This document shows, in pieces, positions 1 through 11,057 of a stretch of 64,000 bases of DNA (its first letter is position 1; every line of letters starts with the position of its first letter). The DNA is from Podarcis liolepis (lineage: Eukaryota): NCBI GenBank assembly GCA_965112155.1, contig OZ218100.1; one strand, 5' to 3'. The notes under the pieces are model-generated. The model had not been told where the DNA came from and ran no database searches. It worked only from the letters and a program-made list of their open reading frames with translations. The translations under genes and the position numbers were made by a program.

Positions 1-713
1 CACTCTGAGAACATTCAGACCTAAAATGACCTCATTTCTCTGAAAAATAGGACATCAGAGTACAGGACCTTTCTGTTCTAGACATCTGAGGGCCAAATTC
101 AATCTTAGGTGCATGAAACGTTGATCTGGTAGACATAGAAGACCTCCTCATGATCACATCAGGACAGTGTGGTGTGTTCCTGCAGCAAACATGTAAGATT
201 TGAATGGCATAGGCATGGCTATCATTTTGTTATATAGGATTTGTTGCTTTTCACTCATTGTTCTGCAGTCTGTTGATGCTTAGCAGATTGGAAGTGCCAC
301 ATTGATTCCTTCATTCTCCTCCCGCTTCCCCTCCAAATTTACACTTCCTTTCTAGAGATATGCAAACAGCCTGCTGCTTCTCTCCCTAAAAATCAATTGG
401 CCCCTTGGAGCAGGAAATTAAATTATTGAAAAAATATCAATGAAGTTTAGCCATGCTTTAGCAAGGGTTATATTTAACTTTTGGTAACCAGTTTCCAGCC
501 CTGGTTTTGAAATCTAGTTTGATTCTAACTACGCTTAATGTAACCTCGATGCAAACATTATACTAGCCATGATTAATGCTGAAAGGGAAGTAAGGGAAGG
601 GAAGACGCCTGCATGAAACCCTGGCGTTATGTTGGCAATCAAGGCAGACATTATTGTATTAGATAGATCTTGTGGTCTGACTTGGTACAAAGCAACTTCA
701 TTAATTTTGGGCA

Positions 714-1030
714 GGGGCATAGCTCAGTGGTAGAGTGCACATTTTGGCCGCCAAAGGTCCCAATTTCAATTTCTGACACCTCCAGTTAAAAAGACTGTAG
801 ATCTGTTGCCTGTCAAAGGAGAAAATACCAGGTAAGATGGCCAAGTAGTCTGGGCCAATATAGAAGTTTCAGGGAACATTTGGCCCTCCAGATGTTGCTG
901 AACTACAACTCCCATCAGCCCTAGCAAGCATACTAATGGCCAGGGATGGTGGGAGTTGCAGTTCAGTAACAACTGGGGAGCTATACGTTTCCCATATGTG
1001 TGATATAAGTTAGCTTCCTATGTTCCTATT
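714..1030 (+). mobile_element. Old tRNA-derived SINE interrupted by a palindromic hAT-type MITE (~870-995)
   Basis: Head GGGGCATAGCTCAGTGGTAGAG, tail cttcctatgttcctat. Inner hairpin ggccctccagatgttg-gaactacaactcccatc ... gggagttgcagttc. Confidence 0.6.
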
Positions 1031-1891
1031 CATTGTACGACCCTGGATTGATCAGGATTCCTAGACAGGTGTTTGGAGATGCAGGTGTGTTGCTTACACT
1101 TTAGATATCTTCAATGTGTCCATAGCAGTTGAGTCTGCTGCAGATTGTGTAGTGCTACAATTAGAGGGGGAACTTCTCCCCTTCTAAATAATGTACATCA
1201 TGGGTTGAAACTCAGGACCTTTTCACAGAACCAGTTATGGGAGCTATGTCATCATGACTTCTTCTCAGATCACTCCAGTAATGTTTGTATGTGTCCTCAG
1301 AGCACTGCAAAGTGCAATGCCCTGGTCATAATAAAAATAAAAATCCCCCCTCACCATGTGGAAGTTCTGTTTTTCTGAACAGTTTGAACCTTGAAGCTTT
1401 CAGCAACTCTTTGCAGTTCAGGTCTCTGCACCTTTGAACTAAGGACATCACTGCAGTTACATGGCCACCAACACACCCTCATCAGCAGGTAGCCTAGCTA
1501 ATAGTTGGGCAATCATTCAAATAATGATTCAATAAATATTCCAATATTCAGCCAAAGCTGTCTTTTACCCCCGAAAAACCCATAGATAGCATATTCTATT
1601 TACAAGTTGTACTTTCTCTTTTGTGTTTGTGCTACATTTTCTACGAATTCAGAGTTCATTTCCTTACACTGATGTCAACGGAGGTTGCTGATTTCCAGTA
1701 ATTAACATGCACTAGATTCTTACTTATGTTAGTTCAGCATGGTTGTCCCTGAATTCTTCTAGAGCTGCATTTCCTGTGTTGAGAATCTGACCATCATGAT
1801 GCAATATTTTTTTTAAAGTAAGTCTACTGCATTCCTCCTTTCAGGAATCATATCACTGAATAAAACTGAATGATTTAATTCAAAGTAACAC

Positions 1892-1893
<2 letters not shown>

Positions 1894-1947
<54 letters not shown>
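1894..1947. repeat. (ATT)n microsatellite
   Basis: Direct observation; probably an L2 tail. Confidence 0.95.
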
Positions 1948-1949
<2 letters not shown>

Positions 1950-2756
1950 TTATATACTGCCATCTGCAGATCTCAGGATGGTTCACAACATAAAATTACA
2001 ATTCTTTTTTCGAGGTGCTTGCATTGTCTTGCTTGTAGAAAAGGCAATGAAACATTGATCATCATCAGAAAGAGGGCAGTGTCAATACACAACCAATGGA
2101 AAGCCGGGAAAGTGAAACCCACAAACAGTGTGAGAGTCCTTGCAGCAGTGTAATGCAATTGACTCAGTAGACCTTTTATCATTCTAAACCACGATTTAGT
2201 GCGATGGGAGTGAGCCTCAGCAAGCCTTAAATTTACACGCAGTGTTCCCCAACATAGTCCATATTTGTATAATAATATACATGTGTATAATATTTGTGTA
2301 TTAATGATGAAGATGGTATTTTCATGAATATACACATTTTAAGGCATACCTTATCCTATCACATGCATTTTTGTATCCATTACTTGGCTGGAGAATTATA
2401 TTGCAAAATTTGGAAAAGTTTGAATTTCACAGGATGGCTGCGTCAACACATTGTTTCAGAAAATTAGGTAGGTTCACCTTTAAATGCAAACACAATTGAA
2501 TTTCTTCTCCATCTCTAGTGATGGAGAACAATCAGTGTACTCAGTCATAGGCGTCTGTGCAAAACACTTGCTAACAGCTTAAGGGTCCTCCTTGATATGA
2601 ATGGAGAGCTGGGCTTTCTAGACTTATGGAAATAGAAGAGTGGGAACACATGAGACAGATTTTCCATCAAAGCAGGATGGTTTAGAAAATGAGTTCGTAA
2701 TCTGTAAATCACAGCCTGCCCTGTCACCAAAATCTATGTATGCAAACATTCATCTA

Positions 2757-3220
2757 AGCAGCTAGACTGGTGACTGGGAGTGGCCACTGGGACCATATAA
2801 GACCGGTCCTGAGAGACCTTGATTGGCTCCCAGTACATTTCCGAGCACAATTCAAAGTGTTCGTGCTGACCTTTAAAGCCCTAAGCAGCCTTGGTCCTGT
2901 ATACCTGAAAGAGCATCTCCACCCCCATCGTCCAGTCCAGACACTGAGGTCCAGCTCCAAGGGCCTTCTGGCGGTTCCCTCCCTGCAAGAAGTGAGGTTA
3001 CAGGAAACCAGGCAAAGGGCCTTCTTGGTAGTGGCACCCACCCTGTAAAACGACCTCCCACCAGATGTCAAGGAAATAAGCAACTATCCTACTTTTAAAA
3101 GACATCTGAAGGCAGCCCTGTTTAGGGAAGTTTTTAATGTTTAATGCTGTATTGTGTTTTTAATATTCGATTGGGCGCCGCCCAGAGTGGCTGGGGAAAC
3201 CCAGCCAGATGGGCAGGGTA
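2757..3220 (+). mobile_element. L2-clade LINE 3' fragment
   Basis: ORF 2770-3048 (DHIRPVLRDLDWLPVHFRAQFKV...RAFLVVAPTL) is the typical L2 ORF2 C-terminus, followed by 3' end gccgcccagagtggctggggaaacccagccagatgggc. Confidence 0.85.
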
Positions 3221-3253
3221 CCTATGTATGTTGTAGGAGCTGTTTGCCAAGCT

Positions 3254-3538
3254 GAGAGCCAGTGTGGTGTAGTGGTTAAGAGCAGTAGTCTCATAATCTG
3301 GGGAACCGGGTTCGCGTCTCCTCTCCTCCACAGGCAGCTGCTGGGTGACCTTGGGCTAGTCACACTTCTCTGAAGTCTCTCAGCCCCACTCACTTCACAG
3401 AATGTTTGTTGTGGGGGAGGAAGGGAAAGGAGAATGTTAGCCGCTTTGAGACTCCTTAAAGGGAGTGAAAGGCGGGATATCAAATCCAAACTCCTCTTCT
3501 TCTTCTTCTTCTTCTTCTTCTTCTTCTTCTTCTTCTTC
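3254..3538 (+). mobile_element. Squam3-like tRNA-derived SINE with (CTT)n tail
   Basis: Head gccagtgtggtgtagtggttaagag, B-box gggttcg, CORE-like gggtgaccttgggctagtcac, (TTC)n tail. Near-identical copies at 38099 and 48687. Confidence 0.8.
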
Positions 3539-4519
3539 AACCGTTACATTAGCTCCCTTTCCCAAACTGAGCTTCCTTGAAGTACAGTTTATGTTGCATG
3601 AACAAGCCTTACAGCCACAATGGCTTTTTGCTGATTGAGGCATTCTGACTTCTTGCTTGCCTTTTTGAAGTTTCTGGATCACAGACAAGAATGATATAGG
3701 CAGGTTAAAGAGCATAATGATTTTTTTAACAGGTTGTGTGTAGGCTTGCAAGCGTAATCCCTTTACACCTTTGATTTAAAGAATTGACCTAGAACTTGCT
3801 TGAAAATCAGAATAGCACACCCAAACTTTGTTTAACATCTCTCCACCCAGGCAAGGTGAAATTGCATGGTTAAAATATTCTAACGGCATTAGTCAGCAGT
3901 TGCATTAATTTATTCCTGCAGACTTTTAGATTTAGAGACTAAAATGCTATTATATGGGTGAACGCCCAGATAGGAAAATAACTCTTCCTCACCATCATGT
4001 ATTCCATACACATGCATAGACACAGATCTACACAAAGAGAGATATTACTGTAGTGAGGTGTGATTGATAGAGTGTATTCTAGATTTTTTTCCCCTCCTAT
4101 GACACAGTTCTCCAATTAATGACACACACACACACACACACACTCCTCCAATCAACTCTATGGTCTATTTCATACATACATTTAAAAAATTCTGATGTAT
4201 GAATTACTTAAAAAATGACAAAATCCTTTGAAAGATAAAATAAAAGTGAAATATTATGAAAAATTTATGAGCTACCACAAAACTAATCTGTATAAAACTG
4301 TGCCCCTCAAAGGTCAGAAATGCACCCCTTTGAGGTCTGCACCCTAAACAGCTGCCTCGTTGGCCTTTGAGAGCACCAGCCCTGAGTGAGGCGTTGTTTG
4401 TTTGTTTGTTTGTTGTTTGTACCCCACCCATCTGACTGGGTTGCCCCAGTCAACCTGAGCCTCTTCCAATAGCTTCTGAGATTGGTAAACTTCATAAGAA
4501 CATAATATGAACCCTGCTA

Positions 4520-5485
4520 TGGTAAAGGTAAAGGGACCCCTGACCATTGGGTCCAGTCATGGCCGACTCTGGGGTTGCGGTGCTCATCTCGCTTTATTGG
4601 CTGAGAGAGCCGGCATACAGCTTCCGGATCATGTGGCTAGCATGACTAAGCCGCTTCTGGTGAACCAGAGCAACGCACGGAAACGCCGTTTACCTTCCCA
4701 CTGGAGCCGTACCTATTTATCTACTTAGAATCATAGAATCATAGAGGTGGAATAGACCACAAGGGCCATCGAGTCCAACCCCCTGCCAAGCAGGAAACAC
4801 CATCAGAGCACTCCTGACATATGGTTGTCAAGCCTCTGCTTAAAGACCTTCAAAGAAGGAGACTCCACCACACTCCTTGGCAGCAAATTCCACTGTCGAA
4901 CAGCTCTTACTGTCAGGAAGTTCTTCCTAATGTTTAGGTGGAATCTTCTTTCTTGTAGTTTGGATCCATTGCTCCGTGTCCGCTTCTCTGGAGCAGCAGA
5001 AAACAACCTTTCTCCCTCCTCTATATGACAAACTTTTATATATTTGAACATGGCTATCATATCACCCCTTAACCTCCTCTTCTCCAGGCTAAACATGCCC
5101 AGCTCCCTTAGCCGTTCCTCATAAGGCATCGTTTCCAGACCTTTGACCATTTTGGTTGCCCTCCTCTGGACACGTTCCAGTTTGTCAGTGTCCTTCTTGA
5201 ACTATGGTGCCCAGAACTGGACACAGTACTCCAGGTGAGGTCTGACCAGAGCAGAATACAGTGGCACTATTACTTCCCTTGATCTAGATGCTATACTCCT
5301 ATTGATGCAGCCCAGAATTGCATTGGCTTTTTTACTTGCACTTTGACGTGCTTTCGAACTGCTAGGTTGGCAGGAGCAGGGACCGAGCAACAGGAGGTCA
5401 CCCTGTCGTGGGGATTCGAACCACCAACCTTCTGATCGGCAAGTCCTAGGCTCTGTGGTTTAACCCACAGTGCCACCTGCGTCCC
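4520..5485 (-). mobile_element. Sauria SINE split by a CR1 insertion
   Basis: Tail (ggtaaa)n and tRNA-like head ...cacagtgccacctgcgtccc. 13-bp TSD ATGAACCCTGCTA at 4507-4519 and 5486-5498. Confidence 0.9.
4727..5332 (-). mobile_element. Young 5'-truncated CR1 LINE (ORF2 C-terminus plus 3'UTR)
   Basis: ORFs 5202-5390 and 4803-5150 ([13 protein letters not shown]...[13 protein letters not shown]...[23 protein letters not shown]). (ATTCTATG)n tail. TSD TACTT at 4722-4726 and 5333-5337. Confidence 0.93.
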
Positions 5486-6491
5486 ATGAACCCTGCTAGA
5501 TCAGGCCAAAAGCCTCTCTAATCCAATATATTGTCATCACAGTGGCCAACCAGATGATTCTGGGAAAACTGCAAGGAGAACCTGAAGGCAACATCACACC
5601 CTCCAGCAACTGCTATTCAGAGGCTCAGTGCTTCCAGCAATGGAAGTGGAACATAAACATGGTGGCTATTAACTGTTGATAGCCAAATCTCCCATACATT
5701 TGTTGAGTCCTCTTTTAAAGCCATGTAAGCTGGCGGCCATTTGTACAGTGGAGTACTAATTCCGCACCTTTACTACGTGCTATGTGAAGGAGCACTTTCT
5801 TTTCTCTCTCCCAAATCTTGGCTTCATTGGTGGTCTCAAGTTGCAGTATTATCAGAGAGGGAGCAAAAGTTCTCTTTGCTTTCTTTTTTCTCTATCTTTC
5901 TTTCTTATTTGCTGTTTGCTGCTAGACTTTCAGTTTAGGAGAGAGAAAGACCCAGCAGCCGCAGCCCTTAAGATAAGTGAAGAATGCAGGCTTACAAAAG
6001 AAATGTTTGTGGGAGTGTTGTACATCTTCCTACCGCTATCCTTTATGCTAACATTATTAAAAAGAGAAGGGGGGGAGACCACTCTTTGTAACAGCAGTAG
6101 CCCAGCTGTATAACACTTCCTCTGCTTAAGTGAAGTTCAAGAAGCCAGATGCTAATAAAAAGGAAAATGCTTATTGTTGAAATACCCCCTTTTCCTTCTT
6201 GTCAAGGTTAACTGTGCCTTCCTACACTGGCGCCGCCTTTGTAATATGTCCCTAGGTATTCCAAGCAATGCTTTTAAGGCTGCACATTCAGGACTGTGCC
6301 AAAATAATTGATATTTTTTAAAGGCCACCTTTATTTTTGATAGAGGGGCAGACAACGATGAAACCTAAGTGACTGTTGCTTTTAATTCCCCTTTTCCGCA
6401 GAGAAACAGTTAGGATTATTAATTGTTTCTCTTGCAGGTTAAGTGTCATCTTCACAGTAGTCCTGTGAGTTAGTTCTGTGAAGCTGTCGTT

Positions 6492-7147
6492 GGCTACATT
6501 CAGACGTGCAGTTTTGCGCCATTAGTTTTACTGATTATAATGCTAGCGTTCCTGTCCCGATTTCCAATGTTTCCTGTCACTGTGGTACTTGTTGCGATAC
6601 AGAACTTTTAAAATATCAATATGCTGTCATGTCCCACTAAATTTTAAATGTTGTGAAGGAACTGTATGTTGGGATCCAACAGCAAATTTCGCCACGTGAA
6701 ATTACGACACTAAACTTTCTGAGTCAAGGGGGTTGCAATTGGATTTTTTCTGGAACCAGCTAACATGAAAATGAGCACTAAGCTTCCACTAGATTTCCAG
6801 AAATGGCTTTTGCATTGTGTGAAAGATTATACAGTGGTACCTCTGGATGCGAATGGGATCCGTTCTGGAGCCCCATTCACATCCTGAAGTGAACGCAACC
6901 CACATCTGCGCATGCGCGGCTCGTGATTCGCTGCTTCCCTGCATGCACGTGACGTCATTTTGAGCACATGCGCGAACAGCGAAACCCGGAAGTAGCACGC
7001 TCCGTTATTTCTGGGTCGCCACGGAGCATAACCTGACAACGCTCAACCTGAAGCACATTTAACCCGAGTTATGACTGTATAAGACACTGAAATTACTAGG
7101 TAAGGAAATGTCAGGAAAACAGAATAAGGTGCTGTCTGAATGCAGCC
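6492..7147. mobile_element. Old Harbinger-like MITE hosting a Tc1/mariner MITE
   Basis: Terminal inverted repeats GGCTACATTCAGAC ... GTCTGAATGCAGCC. Superfamily assignment is tentative. Confidence 0.45.
6832..7077. mobile_element. Tc1/mariner (Tigger-like) MITE
   Basis: TA|CAGTGGTACCTC ... GAGTTATGACTG|TA. Confidence 0.8.
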
Positions 7148-7307
7148 ATAGTCTCTCCACTGTCCAATCCCTTTGTTTGCGAGAAAGAAAGTAGGTCTCA
7201 GTGAGCAAGCAAGAATTACTTGCATCTCAAGGTCTCCTGCCACACTTAAAGACCCATGAGAAGATCCTTGCTGGTTCAAAGCGAAAAGCTAATGTTTCAG
7301 TTTGGTA

Positions 7308-7516
7308 TAGTCATAGCCCAGGTTACAGCTGCTTCAGGTTGTGTTTTTTCAGGTTGCGGACTGCTGAAACCTGGAAATACCGGAAGAGGTTATGTCCGGG
7401 TTTCGGCTGTTGCACATGCGCAGAAGCGCCGGATCACAACCTGTGCAGACGCGGGTTGCGAACGCTGCAGGTTGTGAATCCCGCATGGATCACGTTCGCA
7501 ACCCGAGTGTCCACTG
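7308..7516. mobile_element. Tc1/mariner MITE related to 6832-7077, opposite orientation
   Basis: TA|TAGTCATAGCCCAGGTT ... AACCCGAGTGTCCACTG|TA. Interior resembles the reverse complement of the neighbouring element. Confidence 0.7.
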
Positions 7517-8318
7517 TACTTTCTGAGAGCTTCTTTGTAAGGCTGAATTAGCATTTTAGGGAAAGTTCGATTCCTGTCTGGAAGTGGTGCACCTGCTCTA
7601 CCAACTCATTGTATGTTTAGAAGAGGTTAAAGCTAGTGATCATCACCATCTCTCCTCCTTGGACTTCTCTGCACACCTCCCTCTGCGGTCTAGGGTAGCA
7701 TTACTTGTGCGTTCTTGGCATTTGAACACGAGGCCAGAAATGGTCTCTGGGTTCCAGCTTGCCCCCTCCGCCCGCGCACAATGGTCTCCATCAGCCTTCC
7801 CTGGAATTTTGGATTACAATTCCCACCAGATTGGGGGAAGCTGGTTTATATTATCAATTCTGCATGGCTTGTTCATCTCTGCCTCACTTCTGCATGGTGT
7901 TTCAGTGTGGAATTATGGAGAAATTTGACGGAAGAATGAAACAAAAAACAGAGCTATGGGCTAATAATTAAAAACATGGCGAAGCCTCTGTTGGTTTGTG
8001 GGTTTATGCAGTGTTCGGATCGGTTGCAAGCTCGCCAGCTAGCAGTGGCATAAACAGGAACAGCTCCAGCTGAACTGAACCTTGCCTTTCTCAGACATGG
8101 ATTTGGCATCTTTTCTAGAGTTACACTTTAACAAGTTCTCAACATGCCTAAAGCTTTGTTGTAACACACTGTGATTTTGTATGCTAGATTAATCTCCTTA
8201 AACCAACAAGGGAAAAAAATGCACACAGATGTTCTGCAGTGTTGTGACTCAAAGGTAACACCACCGTAGCGCAGCAGAGACTAAAAATGGCCAGCTTCCT
8301 TAGAGAAGAGACGTCATC

Positions 8319-8378
<60 letters not shown>
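8319..8378. repeat. (AAT)n microsatellite
   Basis: Direct observation. Confidence 0.95.
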
Positions 8379-8381
<3 letters not shown>

Positions 8382-8647
8382 ATAAATTGGCATAGAGCCC
8401 TGCTGGTTTCCCTGTGTGGATGAAATGTTTGGAAGGAACAAATTTCTTTCTCAGGGGGTCAGGAGTGGTAAATATTTATTCAGTCAAGCCAACCTACATG
8501 CCATAATGTTTAACTTCCAAATTTCCTCAGAAGAGAAAAAGTTCATAACATTATATTTTCTTGTTTGCTACAAGAAAATTTAATAAGCAGAGAAGGTGCG
8601 CCATTACAACTGATGGTAGGGTGGGATTTGCAAATGCGCCCTGAATC

Positions 8648-8678
<31 letters not shown>

Positions 8679-8734
8679 CACACAAAGGGCTTTGGCACCA
8701 GCATTGCCAATGCCCCAAGTTTCAACATATGTGT

Positions 8735-8805
8735 GAATGGATAGGTTTGATCTTCTTGCAGTCCATGGGAGTCTCAAGAGTCTCCTCCAGCACCATAATT
8801 CAAAA
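8735..8805 (-). mobile_element. Short RTE/BovB LINE fragment
   Basis: Minus strand encodes FELWCWRRLLRLPWTARRSNLSI, characteristic of the BovB ORF C-terminus. Confidence 0.8.
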
Positions 8806-10917
8806 CAAGAGACATCATCACAGTTCAAGAGTACCGTCGTGCAGAAAGGGTGGCGTGGAGCATGGCCAGTGATAGTTGCATCTTGCAGGGCCAGGGGTAT
8901 GGACTGGGGAAGAGCCCTGAGGTCTGGACAGAGAGACTTGGAATGCTGCACTCGGCTCCCAAGCATGAGATTCCCCATTACTGTTGCATGGGAGCACTCC
9001 TACTAGGCACTGAACATACACTGCAGATCCCACTTGCTTTATATATAAAGCTGACCGTAGCTGTTTCTTGGTAGGTACAATTTGTGGCAAGGCTGTGTCT
9101 GGCTCGGTGAACTGCAGGTTGGATTTAGATGAAAAACCGAACCAGGTCTGGCTTGGGGTTTGTTTGTTTTTAAAGAATTGACATAACTTCAATTCAGCCT
9201 GGTGCCTATTTTAAGAGCTGGACAATAAGGTTCAAAAGAGAACAAGGAGTCTGAAAGCCAGGATTTTCCCCGCCTTTTTGCTTCCATGTAGTGTTTTTGT
9301 TTTACTTCCTGAGCTGTAGCAGCTGAAATAATTTTTTATTGTTTTATTCTTGCTCGGCACAGACACAGAGACATGTTTTCTTTGGCTCGGCCCTTAACAA
9401 GCCCACCTGACAAGCAAACGGAACCAGTTGTCTAAGAGGCATTTGAGGTTGTGTGAATTGATTTCTAGTTTATTTTTTTCCTATGAGCAGAAGGCGATTG
9501 GGGGAGGGGGTCACCAAAGGCTCCCATGACATAAAATATGAATTCCATTGAGCCTGTACGAGACTTCCGGCTGGGAGAATGAGTCTGAGTATTGTGAAGT
9601 TATTCAGAGTGTAAATCTTGCTTTATTAAGTCCATCTTGAAGGGCCCTCTCAGCCCAATTACTTAGGGAACTGAATCGTAATGGTTTTTAAAGTTACTTG
9701 ATCCTAATCAGCACTTAGAATTATTATAGGCTGCAAGAAATGAATGTAATGGGCTTCTTTTCTGCCAGGAGAAGATTGTTCTAATGCCAGGCTTCCCAGA
9801 GAGCTTCATGTAGTTGCTAGAGGAAAGTTCAGCTTCTCTTTCAACTGCATCTAAGTTTGCTACAATTGCACATAATACAGAGCCACGGTTCGTTTTAATC
9901 ATGGTTTGTTCAAAAAACCACAAGCTACCTCACAGATGAGCAAATAAGGCACAGCTTTTTCTCCAAAGCTTCGTTGGTTTCCCACCTGCCTCATGCATGT
10001 GTAGTTTGGCAAGAATCTGGGTTAGGGGGGCCAGATCATCGCCTGATTTGGGAAAACGGCATCGTTTATGTCACTTTCGCAACCTGTGTTAAGTAGCTTC
10101 TTAACAATATCCATAAGCGTACGCATTCCTTTCTCAGTTTATCTTAAAAAGGGAGAAAAATACATTCTGCAGATTCCTTTCAGAAACATCTTTCTTTTTT
10201 ATGAGGATTCCTAACAGGATGGCAGCTCTTCCACGGTCGTTTTTCCGTGCCACGACAAACCCAAGAGTTAAGCTTTACAAAACCTCAAAAACTGGTGTGT
10301 AAAGCGAGGGCTGAGTTTAAGCTAATTTTAAAGCCCTTGGCCTCTGTCCAAAGAAACACACGCCATCAGAAACATGGAGATGTGCCACCAAAAATGGTAT
10401 CTGTTTGTCAAGTTCCCTTCCCTAAATATGTAGGAATTCTATCTGCTAATAGTGAATTTATTCCCCGTCTGTGTACAGGAAAGGATGGATCAGCAGACTT
10501 GGGATAACCCAAGTACAAAAGTTTGGGGGGGGGGAGAGAACCAAACAGCCCAATTAGGGCTTGGCATGCTCACTACACTGCAAAAGGGCATGGCTGGCTT
10601 ACTGGCTGAAACCCTGAACAGCAGCTGCCCATGCTGCAATATTTTCTTGGAAGTCCAACTAACTGTATATACCCATGTTGTAAGTGCTCATTTCCCCATC
10701 CCACTATTTTCTGTTAAGATTCTTGTTGTGTGGCATGGAAGCACACAATGCATTGTGGGTACAACACGTGGAACATCGGTTGGAATCTATATCCCATGTT
10801 CACTTCTTTCCATTCCCAAAGCAGATAATAGCAGGAAGTACAACATTTTAAAAATTGGTTGGTTGGCTGGCTGGTTTTTGTAAAATTAAGATAATTAAAC
10901 AACATATACATTATAAA

Positions 10918-11057
10918 AAATTCCTTCCAGTAGCACCTTAGAGACCAACTAAGTTTATTGTTGGTATGAGCTTTCGTGTGCATGCTACTGGAAGGAATTT
11001 TTTTATTTTGTTTTGACTACGACATGGCTACCAACATGGCTACCTACCTGTAACTAG
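10918..11057. mobile_element. Penelope-like element terminal fragment with inverted 5' part
   Basis: ccagtagcaccttagagaccaac...gagctttcgtgtgcatg joined to gctactggaaggaa...ggctacctacctgtaact. 21-bp perfect inverted repeat at 10915-10935 and 10983-11003. 17-bp flanking direct repeat with 1 mismatch at 10901 and 11058. Confidence 0.7.

Larger units (their letters stand above)
4492..5830 (-). mobile_element. Old CR1 3' end acting as host of nested insertions
   Basis: tcataagaacataa...ccctgctagatcaggccaaa...cacagtggccaaccagatg, continuing into degenerate CR1 ORF2 end (cctcttttaaagccat...gtgaaggagcactttct). Confidence 0.6.
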
